This document shows, piece after piece, positions 30,676-44,780 of a DNA stretch of 64,000 nucleotides. Source of the stretch: Chrysomallon squamiferum (taxonomy: Eukaryota > Animalia > Mollusca). Below the pieces are notes generated by a model. It had not been told where the DNA came from. It did no database searches and saw only the letters and a list, made by a program, of their open reading frames with translations. Numbering within the stretch: the stretch's first letter is position 1; every line of letters begins with the position of its first letter. The position numbers and the translations under genes were made by a program. The stretch is taken from positions 15,748,001 through 15,812,000 of the forward strand of contig CM022674.1 of assembly GCA_012295275.1 (NCBI GenBank), given 5' to 3'.

Positions 30676-30930
30676 CGCCTCTTTCTATCTTTCTTTCTTA
30701 GTTTAAGAGCAACAACAAGAGCAACTATTGCCAGTGTTTATGGTGTAATTGACATCGGGGGCGAGTACCGAGACGCAGTTTTCAAACTTTCATCAGAGCG
30801 CGGACACGGAAAACCTGTTTGTGTGTGTAGGTGTGTGTCGGTTTGAAAAAGGTGTCTGCCAACGTAAAATTGAATTGCCAGATCACAACGGCGTGATAAC
30901 TCACATATTTTCGTTTCAATTTTATTATTA

Positions 30931-30977
<47 letters not shown>

Positions 30978-31041
30978 TTATTACTATTATTATTATTATT
31001 ATTATTATTATTTTATTTATTTATTTATTTATTTATTTATC

Positions 31042-31099
<58 letters not shown>

Positions 31100-31159
31100 A
31101 CTACTACTACTACTACTACTACTATAATGTTCCATCTGACTAGGTAAAGATAATGTTAT

Positions 31160-31351
31160 TATTACAGAAAGTGTTCCCTGTGACAGAGCAGAGATAAATA
31201 ACGTTATTATTATAGAAAGTGTTCTCTCTATCTGTGTAGAGATAAATAATGTATTATTATAGAAAGTGTTCTCTCTATCTGTGTAGAGATAAATAATGTA
31301 TTATTATTACAGAAAGTGTTCTCTCTATCTGACAGTGATAGCGGTTGGCTT
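31160..31351 (+). pseudogene. Inverted FReD exon-2 fragment with tandemly repeated acceptor
   Basis: Four units of TTA(C/T)AG AAAGTGTTC...GTAGAGATAA, then SDSDSGWL. Downstream sequence matches FReD intron 2, including (CT)n at 31508-31619. Confidence 0.8.
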
Positions 31352-31506
31352 GTTTTTTTCAGCAATGCTTCTATTAATTTTCTGTTGTTTAATTTCATAT
31401 ATTATTACCTTTTTATCTCTTTTGTGAATTTTCATTCTTTTCGTTTCGCTTTGTTCTTGCACGTTTTATTCCCTAACTATTTTTCTCTTGTTAATTTTCT
31501 GTTTAT

Positions 31507-31619
<113 letters not shown>

Positions 31620-32042
31620 GATTTCTTGTTTCTTTCTGTTTTGCTTCAGGGATTGGTTTTGGGCCAAATGTTTGTTTGGTTTTCCGGGATTTCTTTGTTT
31701 CGTTGTTCTATTTATTTGTATTCTTACTTCACTTCTTTCAAAGACTCCAGGCCGCAGATTGTGAGCGTAATGTACGCAAAACATTAGTGGATAAATGATA
31801 ATCATTTTTTAAATAACTGTTAAATAATTTTTTAAATAACTGTGTGTAGAAATGTGGTTATCCTGCTTTCAGTATTAGTAATGAATGATTGACAAGTTGT
31901 GGGTGACGAGAAGGGAGCAATACGTTGTAGGAGTTAAAAAGGGAAGTTAGATCAGACCAAATAAATAAATAATAATACTAATAATACAAGTGTTTAGTGT
32001 CTGGTTAAGTTTTTGATTTGATTTTAGTATTTGATTTTTACG

Positions 32043-32111
<69 letters not shown>

Positions 32112-32897
32112 ACTATTGTTGTTGTTGTTGTTGTTCTTTTTTTTTTTTTTTTATTTTTTTTATTTATGTAGAACAGCAATGCGCAGTCAGAAGAAAACTA
32201 AGCACAGTAGAACTTATCGAACTGTATTCAAATAAATAATTTATCTTTCTTGACCTGTTTTGTTATTTTTCAAATTGACTAATATTACACTGATCAATCT
32301 ATATATGACCATCCACTGAACTGAGTCACGTGGGATCAATTGAACCGACTTTCCCAGTAATGTTTTGTCTTCAAAGAGATGATGTTATTTAAAATATTTA
32401 TGTGTTTTTATATAAACTAGATACTGTGTTTACAATCAGCCTCATATACATATATCTGTGTGTGTGTTTGTGTGTGTATGTGTGTGTGCGTGGTGTGTTT
32501 ATTTATTTCTTATGTTTAGTAGTAGTAGCAGTGGTAGTGGTAGTACTAGTAATATTTATATTAGTATTGTTTTGTTGATTGTTTGTTTCCTGTTGCTTTA
32601 ATGAAAGTGTTTTTTAGAATTATTAATATTTTTTTATATATAATCATGCTTGTTTTATAACCAATGAACAAAAAATCAAACAAACAAAGAGATAAATAAA
32701 TAAATACATGAAGCATGAACATATTTTCCTTTTATTACATACAGAATAGCAAACAACTCAAAAATCAGAATCAACACTGGTAGAAGTTTCACGAATATTT
32801 CCTTCACAAAATATACTTTTATATTAGCAGCTAGGAACCTATTACAAACTCTTTAATACAGTACAGCTCATGCCAACAGAAACAAACACGAACTTAG

Positions 32898-33559
32898 AAG
32901 CCAACCGCTATCATTGTCAGATATTTCGCAGTACGCCCTGATTGGGCTGCCGTTGTCATGTGGTACAATTGTATAAACTCCGCTTGTTTTACCTCCATTC
33001 ATAATTATCTCTACACAGTCAGACGGAACACTTTCTGTGTAATAATAACAATAACAACAGTGATGATGATGCCAGTTTATGAATTCGTATGCAAACAGTA
33101 CGAATGCATAATTCAGGAGTAAAAGTATGCAAATAAATATTAACAAACACACATACATATGAGCAAAATAATTCGTATTTTTCTAAATGTATTTGTATAC
33201 TACTTTTAATGTATATATAAGTAAACAAACAAACCACAACTTACCATAATATTTTGTCTCTGGGTCACTAACAAACAAATGAGAAGTCAATGGTTCACTG
33301 TACAAGAACACGTGCCGTTGCCGTTGTTGTAGATGAAACCTCTTCAGCCGACTTAGAAGATTCTGTGACCTAGTAAACTTTACTGGACACTTTCAGTTCA
33401 TTTCAAGGATCGATCTTCTGCAGGTTTCTTATCGTTGTACTGTGGTAACATTCGAAAAGTCTTACGAGTGCCAAGCTCGGAATTGAAAAAAGAAACAACG
33501 ATTATCAAATATGCTAAAACACAGAATATCATCCCGTGGATCTGTTTCATTATCTCCAT
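32898..33559 (-). pseudogene. PAN/apple-like + fibrinogen-related gene, copy C (exons 1-2 only)
   Basis: Exon 1 (33245-33559) has a stop and frameshifts. Exon 2 (32898-33034) reads [28 protein letters not shown], with the donor mutated to CTAAG. I found no exons 3-5. Confidence 0.9.
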
Positions 33560-33797
33560 TTCATAAACGATATGTTGAAATTCAGATATATGCATTCAGA
33601 ACTAAATTAGTCTGCTTATATAAAACGATTTTACTCTTTATTTCACAGAGCCAAATACAATATTAATTTGTTCTACTAATGTTTCCAAATCACTGTGTCT
33701 ACCAAACTGAACTCCTAAAATACATTAACCGTGTGACACAGTTATTCAGAATATAGATAGTATCAATTTGAAACACAGATATGAATGAAAAAGTTTT

Positions 33798-33901
33798 CAT
33801 CAGAATTCAGAGTAAAAAATACAACAATACATAAGCATACCATGTATATATATATATATATTTATATATTGTTGTTGTATTTTTTACACTGAATTCTGAT
33901 G
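33798..33901. repeat. ~30-bp inverted repeat (fold-back) around a (TA)n spacer
   Basis: CATCAGAATTCAGAGTAAAAAATACAACAA ... TTGTTGTATTTTTTACACTGAATTCTGATG. Confidence 0.8.
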
Positions 33902-36460
33902 TAATATTTTGTAATCATTTTTCTTTCTGTTTTCAATCCCAGATTATTTCAGTATATTTAGAAGTTAATTACCATGATAAATAATTCAAACATTTAACTA
34001 ACAGTCATCAAACATAATTATTATTATAAATCAAATATGAAACACTAATTATAAAAACAAATAGCAGTTAATTTAGAATGTAGAATAATTATTACACGAT
34101 AATTATTATCAATACGAAAATGCAAAACAATAATTATTATCAATAACATAATGCAAAATGATAATAATAACAAAATACATTTAATTTAAAATGCACGTAA
34201 ATATAATAATTGTTAAATCATAATTATTATCAATACGAAAATGTAAAATAATAATTATAATAAATTAAGAATAAACTGAACACTTACAATGACTGATAAA
34301 TCTGTCAGGATTTTATGCCTAACTTGAAACTGTTGTAACTTCTGATCCAGCACAAAGCCTGTATATCACTTGTTTTATCACAATTCATTTATCGTCCATT
34401 CAGTCACAGTAATGAGCTCAAAGATGAAAGGGAAAAGCCTATCATCCATATGTAACAATTATTATAATAACATATTATTAATATGTAAAGGTTTTCTTGT
34501 TGTTGTTTTTTTTTTAATGAATATGCAAATGTCAAATATTAAGAACAAGCATATGTATCATTATTAGTATAAAAATATATTACGAATTCAAATGCAAAAG
34601 TAAAACAATAAGGTATTTTAACAATATATTACGTATGGAAAAACTTTAAATAGATTATTATATCATTTTTCTTTCTGAATATTCAAGAATGATAAAATAG
34701 AGAGATAAATACATATTTTAATTAATTAATTTATTAATAAACAAACAAATAAATAAACAATAAAATAAAATAAAATAATGAAAATATTTTGTTTCTATTA
34801 AAGAGATAATACGAGATAATTTCAAATCTAGATTCAATAATGGTAGAACTTTCAAGTATTTTTCTTCACAAAATACATTTCATATCAGCAGCGAGGAATT
34901 ATTCACAAACTGTTTTATACAGTACACAACACATACTACAGTATTTATATAAAGTCACACAGACAAACACGAATGAGAAAAAGACAAGGTTGCTGCACCA
35001 GGGATCGATATTTTAATCTACCGGTATCAGGTGAACGTTTCCCATATCAGTAATAGCTCACATTTTTGTTTTAAATATTGTTTTGAATTTACCTTTATCC
35101 AGAACACGAATTACAATTTAGAAAAACAGAAAATTCAGCAACTATTGTTTATGTAAATTTACATTTCCAACACTTTCCTAAGACAACAATTATTAATTTA
35201 CATTTAACAACAGTTATCAAAGACTATTTTTATCTTTACATTCAGAAAGAGCTTGCAGATAGCAATTTATAAATTTACATTCAGCAACTTCTTGAGAAAT
35301 AGCAGTTTATAAATTTAAATTTAAACACTGTTTCCAAAGATACGTTGTAAAATTAACATTTAAAAATCGTTTGCAGACATATCACTTATAAATATAAGTC
35401 ATAAATATAATTCTTTCAAATACTCTAGCAATACAAAATGAACAATTCAATTGTTTTTCTTTATCAGTTTCAATATATAGACTATTAAACAGTCCTGTAA
35501 ATTGAAATTTTGTTTCGTGATTTATTTGTATTTTATATCTCCAGTTACCAACTCATATTCATTAGGCAAATACTATCGTCTCCTTTCGAATGAGAAAAGA
35601 GTTTTAGGTACAATAAGAAGCTGGTCTAATTTTTATTACAGTTTTAGTTTAAAACACTGTTTCACAATTTTTGTTTCTTGTTTCCTGTAAAATAAACCGT
35701 TTTAATATTTTATCTACGTATTTGAATTTAATGTTCTGTTTTGTGATATATATGTATAGTTTTATTTACCCCTATAGTTATATTTATTTATATAAATATA
35801 TTGCTTTTTCTACATGTTTAGCTATTTCTCTCTTTTTTTGCACATATCAGTGTTTTGTTTATTTGTTCTATTTACATGTACAAATATTTTGTTTTCTCTA
35901 CGGGTGTAAATATATTTTTTACCTACCAATGTATTTATTTAAATAAACATATTTTTCTATCTACATATGTAAATATGTTTTTATTTACATACATAAATGT
36001 GTTGTTTAATCAGTTTGTAGGCATTTCCTCTGTGCAGATCATTACATGTATTATTTATATCCATAGTGTCCTTTGTTTGTATCTAAAAATATCTAAATTT
36101 ATACTTGTATTGAACTATAGTTTGTGCTTATATCAATTTACCAATTATGTTTGTGTCAAGTTTTGTCATAACTTATACAAAAGCAATGTTTTTCTCTGCC
36201 TACAAAAATATATAATTTTTATCGGGAAAAAAATGCCATTTTTATTCTTATTGTTATTTTTGTTTAGAATTTGGTATATTCATTTTGAGAATGTATTAGA
36301 ATTTTATTTATTTATTTATTTATTTATTTATTTTGTTTATTTATTTATATTTTTTGTGTTGCTTGATTTACATTAGAAACTTCGAATCTTACTTCCTCTT
36401 TTTCTTGTTATTTTTATAAATATGAGTATAATTGTTCTGCCTGTAGTTGTTTCAAATTAC

Positions 36461-36685
36461 CTGCATTTCCGCTGTATGTTTCAACTGATAACCGATAAAA
36501 ATCATCTTCTCCAGTTACTGAGACATTTTTGTAGATGGCATAAGTCGTGTTTCCTTCAAAATCTTACAAGTCAATTTTTAAATCGTAGAAACCCTGTCTG
36601 GTCAAACGATGTATGTTCTCATTGCCTGGTAATACAAACCAGATCGATAATTGAGATATTTTATTTTATTATTATTTGTTTTTTA

Positions 36686-36751
<66 letters not shown>

Positions 36752-37555
36752 TACTATTATTATCATCATCATCTTGAAATGTGCCTTGAGTTATTTTTGA
36801 AGAAATACATGTTTTTCGTTTTTCTTTTCTTTTCAGTGATACTCATATGTATATGTAAACGTACACAAAAATACACACACAGACACACACCCACCCACAC
36901 ACACACACAAACACATACACACACATTTTGATACATTATATTTGTGATTTCGTCCCTTAACTCACTTTTTTTATGAATATTTTAAGTATTTATTATTAAT
37001 TGCTTACCTAGCCAGAATTCGTTAGTTAATGAACCAAATCCGTCTGTGTATTCTTGCCACGTTCTGTAGAAATATTCTGATCCGTCCGTCCGTCTCTGAA
37101 ATACCTGAACATCAAAAGAAGAACATAAAAAAATAGTTAAAAAGACAAAAATATTTTAACACACAATAAAACGCACCTGAATAAAGCGAAGCGAAAAGGA
37201 AGAAAAGAGACAAAACAGAGAGAAAAAACCAGTAACAATGGACGAAATTAAAACAATAGAAGAATTAATAAACGCATTGCTAAAACTTACAAACTAACCG
37301 CTATCATTGGCAATCATTTCGCAGTACGCCCTGATTGGGCTGCCGTTGTCACGTGGTACAATTGTATACACTCCGCTTGTTTTACCTCCATTCATAATTA
37401 TTTCTACACAGTCAGACGGAACACTTTCTGTAACATAAATAACATCAATTATCTCTATCCAATCATAGGAAACACTTTCTTTGACAATAACATTAATTAT
37501 CTCTACAAAGTTAGACACAACGCTTTCTGTAACAACAACAATAATAATAATACTA

Positions 37556-37616
<61 letters not shown>

Positions 37617-38125
37617 CTACATAATGACAGGGAACCCCTTCTCTGACAACACTAACATTATTTATCATTACACAGTCAGAGAAACCACTTTCTCATACAG
37701 TAACATTAATTGATAGCACGTGTACTACCATTGTCTCATTCCTTTGAGTATCCAATTTTCTCTAGAAGGGTTGATGAAAGTGTCACATTAAACAGCCAGA
37801 TGGAACATTTTCTGTACAATAATAACATTAATTATCTCTACATTGAATATATCATACCATGTGATTCTGTTTCTGCCTCGCTAACAAACGAAAGAGAATT
37901 CAAGTTTTCACAGTACAGAGAACACATGCCGTTGCCGTTGTTATAGATGAATCCTTTACAGCCGACGTAGCTGGAACATTCTGTGACGCAGAAGAGTTTA
38001 CTGGATACGTTCAGCTTTCGAAAAGTCTTACGAGTGCCAATCTTGGAATTAGAAAAAGAAACAACGATTGTCAGAAATGCTATAACACAGAATATTATCC
38101 CGTAGAACATTTTCATTATCTTCAT
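36461..38125 (-). pseudogene. PAN/apple-like + fibrinogen-related gene, copy D (pseudogene)
   Basis: Exon 1 (37858-38125) has an in-frame deletion. Exon 2 (37291-37427) has TGG>TAG in GWL. Exon 3 (37008-37104) is intact. Exon 4 (36461-36625) has GAA>TAA in DLED. Exon 5 is essentially deleted, with a trace near 35590-35645. Confidence 0.92.
37421..37850. repeat. ~45-bp degenerate array made of the FReD exon-2 acceptor plus first codons
   Basis: Repeated ACACTTTCTGTAACA..ATTAATTATCTCTAC units. ORF 37294-37668 shows ESVVSNFVEII / ESVSYDWIEII / ESVPSDCVEII. Confidence 0.8.
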
Positions 38126-38636
38126 TTTATACACGATATCAGTAATGAAATTTTGGTATCTCAGTTCAGAACTAAATTAATCCAGTTAGATAAAGAACTT
38201 TTAATCGTTATTTCATAGATCGAAATAAACTATTAATTACTTCTAGGAATGTTTCCAAGACACGGTAACTAGCAGTATACCAAACTGGTCTCTTCAAATT
38301 ATGCTGACCGTTTGAAACATGCTTCTATTTTCAGTCCAGATCAGAAATATTTCATCCTTTATTAATGAAAGCAACGTTACACTTGTATGATTAAATTAAT
38401 AAGATACTAATGGTAGATCGTTTTTTTAACAATTACTATCGATTCTCTCAGTTTAGCTGAAACACAGAAAAGCCAAAGATAAAGGTAAATACATTAATAC
38501 TTATTCATATAATAGTCATTAGGGAAATCGACATTTGAAATGTTTTATTCATCTTTGAGAAGTTAATATTTACGCTTGCTGAACAAATAGAATATCTTGC
38601 ATTTTGCATTTTCTCTTTCCTTCCTTTTCGTTTGTT

Positions 38637-38787
<151 letters not shown>

Positions 38788-39489
38788 ATTTTTATTATAT
38801 AAAGAAATGCAGATATCATCCATGTCTTTCATCCAAGAAGCCTGCATGTTTTGCAACTCTCCCAGACAACTGGTGGCCTCTAGACTGTTACCAACCAGTA
38901 GAAATGGTAAAATTAGACTCTGATGGCTTCACCAAAGATGAGGAGATGAAAACCGTGATGAAGTTATTTTTTCTACCATGAACAAATCGAAGTAATATTG
39001 AAATACTTACTTCGCATCCAAAACCTACCACTGTGGAACAAATACTGTAGGTAGTAATGCCTATTTTATGACACTGTGTACATTTAGGGAATACAAAAAA
39101 GAAAAAAACACCCTAAATATATTCTGCATACTTCAAGATATATATATATTTATTTATTTATTGTTATTGTTATTGTTATCGGTATTGTTGATCTTATTAC
39201 TATTATTATTATTAGTAGTAATATTTTGTCATCTAGCCTTAATTAATAATAAAATACAGCATGAAATAGACTAAAGTTGCATTTTTATTCCAATTTTTTT
39301 GTATACAAGCATTGCCAGAAACAAATAAAATCAAATGCAGCTATCAATTCTACATGCATGCTACGATGTCACACCTGTTATGGAAAATGATATTATCTTA
39401 CTGTAATACTTTTACATTAACAAAGTATAGATTGCTATAATTTGGAATAATAAATAATTTATTTTAGATCATTTGTTCCGCATTAGATA

Positions 39490-39930
39490 CAAGTATTCAA
39501 CATGTATGTTCCCATTAAATAAATAATCAATGATAGATATTTATTCAGTATATAGTTACTAAGTAAATAATCAGTGACAGATATTTGATCGGCATATACT
39601 CATTAAATAAATAATCAATGATAGATATTTAAACAGTATGTTCTCGTTAAGTAACTAATCAGTGATAGAGATTTAATCACTGTGGTCTCATTAAATAAAT
39701 TATGAGTGATAGATATTTAATCAGCATTTACTAATTAAATAAATGATCGATAGTTAGTATATTTTAGCACTGACTAAAGAACACCAATCAGTGATAGATA
39801 TTTAATCACTGTGGTCTCATTAAATAAATGATGAGTGATAGATATTTAATCAGCATTTACTTAATTAAATAAATGATCGATAGTTAGTATATTTTAACAC
39901 TGACTAAAGAACACCAATCAGTCGTATATT
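39490..39930. repeat. ~40-bp intronic minisatellite
   Basis: CATTAAATAAATAATCAATGATAGATATTTAATCAG-like units with a higher-order ~120-bp duplication. The paralogous intron has about one unit at ~57590-57630. Confidence 0.8.
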
Positions 39931-40366
39931 TAATTAATATTTTCTAGAACTAATTACATAAATGATTGATTTATAATTGCAAATGATAGATTTTTCATTT
40001 GTTTCAATAGTGTTAGAAACAACAAAACAGATTTCCAATAGAAGATTCATCAATTCGTAAAAAAAAAAAAAAAAAAAAAGAAGAAATAAAAATCTTTATA
40101 GGTTGATATCCAAATATTGATGACAGAAAATTTATCAGTAGTTTTTTTAAAGAAATATTTACCATCCATCTGTTACAGAATGAAAATTAATCACTGTACT
40201 GGAACATCGATACGGAAATATATGGATGATCACCAGTATTGTAGAAAAGTAATAAAATACTGTAGTTCAGTTACTATGAAATAAATTATAACGAAAACAA
40301 AACATTAAATATAGCTGAGCAGTAAGCAATACAAATTTTAGTTATTACGAACCTTCAGAGGCTAAA

Positions 40367-40432
<66 letters not shown>

Positions 40433-41022
40433 CATTATTATTATTATTATTATTATTATTTTTTTTTTTTTTTTTTTTTTGCAGTATGAGAGAAGTAATG
40501 TTGATGAACGAGATATAAACGAAATATTTCTCTTTCATGGAACTAATGGTGACATCAGTGATATACGTGGAATCTGCCACAACAACATCGACTTCAGGCT
40601 GAACGCCAAACATTGAACAAAGTACGGAAAGGGAGCATATTTTGCCCGTGATGCCAAATACAGCCACTGCTACACCACACGATCACATTGCTTCATGTTC
40701 ATTTCAAAGGTTCTTGTAGCCCAGTATGCTAAAGGTGAACGTTCCTATTTCCGGCATTCTTCTATGAAAGTCCATGTTCTTTATGATTCCTGTGTCGATG
40801 ATGTAAATAATCCATCAGATTTTGTAATCTTTGACACTTCACAGAGTTACCCCAATGTTTCTACTTGGATATTCTGTGAAGAGCACACCAGAACTGTCTT
40901 CATCAAGCTCCTCAGTATCGTCTCTTCAGGCCTCTATTCCGATCAGAAGTGCTCAAGTACCCAATATATATTGGAATCAATTCCTCCCTCCATTCCTGCA
41001 TCCACCGTTCCCTCAAACAGTC

Positions 41023-42600
41023 TTTCACAGTTCTTCTTCCACAGCAAATCCTTCCAACACTTTACCACTCTTTCACAGTTCTTCTTTTACAGCAAATCCT
41101 TCCAACATTCCACCAATATTTCACAGTTCTATTATATTTCACAGCAAATGCTTTTTTTTTTTTACCATTCTTTCACAGTTCTTCTTCTACAGCAAATCCT
41201 TCCAACACTTTACCACTCTTTCACAGTTCTGCTTCTACAGCAAATCCTTCCAACACTTTACCACTCTTTCACAGTTCTATTTCTACAGCAAATCCTTCCA
41301 ACACTTTACCACTCTTTCACAGTTCTTCTTTTACAGCAAATCCTTCCAACACTTTACCACTCTTTCACAGTTCTGCTTCTACAGCAAATCCTTCCAACAC
41401 TTTACCATTCTTTCACAGTTCTACTTCTACAGCAAATCCTTCCAACACTTTACCATTTTTTCACAGTTACATTTCTACAGTTCCTTCCAACACTTTATTC
41501 TCTTTTCACAGTTCTGCTTCTACAGCACATGCTTCCAGCACTTTACCATTCTTTCACAGTTCTGCTTTTACAGCAAATCCTTCCAACACTTTACCACTCT
41601 TTCACAGTCCTGCTTCTATAGCAAATCCTTCCAACACTTTACCACTTTTTCACAGTTACATTTCTACAGCAAATCCTTCCAACACTTTACCACTCTTTCA
41701 CAGTTCTGCTTCTACAGCACATGCTTCCAACACTTTACCACTCTTTCACAGTTCTGCTTCTACAGCAAATCCTTCCAACACTTTACAACTCGTTCACAGT
41801 TCTGCTTCTGTATCAGATGCTTCCAACACTTTTCCACTCTTTCACAGTTCTATTTCTACAGCAAATCCTTCCGACACTTTACCACTCTTTCACAGTTCTT
41901 CTTTTACAGCAAATCCTTCCAACACTTTACCACTCTTTCACAGTTCTGCTTTTACAGCAAATCCTTCCAACACTTTACCACTCTTTCACAGTTCTGCTTC
42001 TACAGCACATGCTTCCAACACTTTACCATTCTTTCACACTTCGACTTCTACAGCAGATGCTTCCAACACTTTACCATTCTATCACAGTTCGACTTCTACA
42101 GCAAATCCTTCCAACACTTTACCACTCTTTCACAGTTCTACTTCTACAGCAGATGCTTCCAACACTTTACCATTCTTTCACAGTTCTACTTCTACAGCAG
42201 ATGCTTCCAACACTTTACCACTCTTTCACAGTTCTACTTCTACAGCAGATGCTTCCAACACTTTACCATTCTTTCACAGTTCTGCTTCTACAGCAGATGC
42301 TTCCAACACTTTACCATTCTTTCACAGTTCTGCTTTTACAGCAAATCCTTCCAACACTTTACCACTCTTTCACAGTTCTGCTTTTACAGCAAATCCTTCC
42401 AACACTTTACCACTCTTTCACAGTTCTGCTTTTACAGCAAATCCTTCCAACACTTTACGACTCTTTCACAGTTCTGCTTTTACAGCAAATCCTTCCAACA
42501 CTTTACCACTCTTTCACAGTTCTGCTTTTACAGCAAATCCTTCCAACATTCCACCAATATTTCACAGTTTTACTTCTATAGTAAATATTTCACCAAGTTC
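41023..42600 (+). repeat. 48-bp tandem array (~33 units), essentially open in all three plus-strand frames
   Basis: Unit TTTCACAGTTCTGCTTCTACAGCAAATCCTTCCAACACTTTACCACTC, read as FHSSASTANPSNTLPL. Overlapping ORFs are 40831-42693, 40949-42634 and 40695-41621/41721-42581. Confidence 0.95.
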
Positions 42601-43069
42601 AACTTCTACAAATACATCTTTCACATCAATGTGATGTGTCCTTCAAATACCTTTATATCTATCAATATTTATTACTGGAAAATGCATATTTAGCATATGT
42701 TTTGTTAAAGATAATAATAATATTAGTATTAATTTTAATGGTAACAAGTGGACAATGTGTAGTAGTGGCCCCAGTTCACTGCTTTGCCTGCAGATCTATA
42801 ATAGATTTAAGAGGATCTTGCTGACGGGATGGTTATTTTGGTTGTTGTTTTGGCAAATGTTCGTTTGCTTTTGTTCAACCAAAAATATATTAATAACAAA
42901 TTCTTTTTTATTTCACATTTTGCGTGGACTTTGCAATTTATATACTCACAAGAGGATGAGATAACCCCTCACTGTACTGTAGACTGGGGTTTATATTACA
43001 GGGCAGCATAGGTGAATAGCATAAACTACAGAGGTATGATGGGTCTGTGGGATAGAAGAAGGATTGTAT

Positions 43070-43340
43070 TGCAAGTGTATGGGTCAGTAGGACACACAAA
43101 TAATTACATTACACAGGTGTATGAGTCAGAAGGATACACAAATGATTACAATACACTGGTATATGGGTCAGTAGTATATACAAACAATTACATTACACAG
43201 GTGTATGGGTCAGTGGTATACACAAAAAATTACATTACACAGATGTATGGGTCACTATTATACACAAATAATTACATTACACAGGTGTATGGGTCACTAG
43301 TGTATACAAAAAAATTGCATTACAGGGGTGTGTAGGTCTG
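43070..43340. repeat. 42-bp minisatellite (~6 units)
   Basis: GTATGGGTCAGTAGTATATACAAACAATTACATTACACAGGT; ORF 43012-43335 shows the 14-aa period. Confidence 0.88.
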
Positions 43341-44780
43341 TGGTATACATAAGTGATGACATTACTTAGATCGTTTACGTAGATATATTAAGGTTTACAT
43401 TTCAGTGGTGCATGGGTAATTACGATATACCAAAAAATTATATTACAGCGATTAAGATCTCAGCCGAATGTACTGATCATGTAGAATTATACAATAGATG
43501 TCAGATACCTTGATACATGGTATGAAAAGCCCTAAGAGGCTTCTTAAAGTACCCTTTACATTATTTTTCTTCTTCGTCATGGCATATGCGTGTGTGTACA
43601 CACACACAAACACACACACACACACACAGAGTTATTGATAACTCAGGGCCCTCTTTCTTTTTTTCTCTCAAACACTTATCGTGTAGGAGACAGGACTGTT
43701 CATAATTTTTGATAACAATAGTTTATTATCCCACAATTTAACTATTTCCTGATATTTAATATTCGAGTCTTGTGTAATTTCCATATCCAAGAAATACTAA
43801 TTGGAAAATATATACAATGTTAACTAAGAAATGTTTTCCCATTTCAGATATATCATACAAAAATTGATTACAAACACTTTTAATCATTTCACCAGTTTAT
43901 TTCTTTAAATCAAGCATAAACAACAAGATACTGTAACTGGAAAAGTGAACTGACTCAATTCAATGAAAATACACACACTTTACACCTTTAGTTTAGTCAT
44001 TTCAGAAATGCAAAATAATAAAACTGTCTACATTTCATTGTTTAAATGTGATCTATGTCTAAATTATTATGAGCAGTTTCAAGTCTAAACACCACAACAT
44101 AGACCCTGAAACATCTAATCATTAGATTCTAGTATTACCCCCAATGTTTAATCTTATGTAAATATGTTGTTATTATTAACATTTGGACATCTATCCCTCC
44201 TGTCCTTATCCTCATAGAATCAGTGAACCCAAAAGTTTGCTTTCAAAAAGAAACTGTGGCAAATGTTGGGTGGTCACTTGTAACATAATATGTAATTATT
44301 ATTTAACTATGTTCAAAGAATTAGTTATAGAAAATAATATTTTAATTAAATAATCAAACAAATGAGGTAAGGTTCAGCTTTGTTTTTTCTGGATCTCTGG
44401 ATTATTACTAATCAGTGAGTTTATAAAAGGTTGTTGTATGTGGTGTCCTGTGAACATAGAACACTCTTTCTGTTAATCAACAGTTTAGTAATTTTCAGTA
44501 TCTTAAAACGTCGTTAATACTTATGGATAAAAATGTTGTTGTTTTTTGTTTTTCTTTGTTGTTGTGTAGAGGATTTTTTTTTTTTTTTCTTTAGCAAGTC
44601 ATTAAACAGTTCCTTGTTTTTAATAATAAAGATTGCAATAAATAAATATAATAAAATAAAATGGAATGAAATAAAAATGTACGGGCGGTAAAATAAAATA
44701 AAATCGTATCTGAAATCTGCTGTTTTCATCTTTTATTTCAATACCAAATACATTCTACGCCTACCGAACAGCAACCATTA

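Larger units (their letters stand above)
38813..42634 (+). pseudogene. PARP12/TIPARP-like mono-ADP-ribosyltransferase catalytic exons with Ser/Thr-rich tail, copy 1 (pseudogene)
   Basis: Exon 38813-39050 reads LPDNWWPLD...F..TM..RIQNLPLWNKY with frameshifts. The exon from 40485 reads NE.FLFHGT, DFRL, KH*TKYGKGAYFARDAKYSHCY, MFISKVLV.QY.KG, LYDSCVDDVNNPS.FVIFD..QSYP. This is an H-Y-I type triad, with an in-frame TGA at ~40614. Confidence 0.9.

Noticed and set aside
30235-30920. U1, U2, U6 or spliced-leader RNA linked to the 5S gene
   Set aside because: I found no recognisable signature such as ATACTTACCTG or ATCGCTTCTCGGCC on either strand; a covariance-model search would be needed to exclude divergent RNAs.
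41023-42600. CRISPR-like array
   Set aside because: Contiguous tandem units with no unique spacers, in a eukaryotic context with no cas genes.
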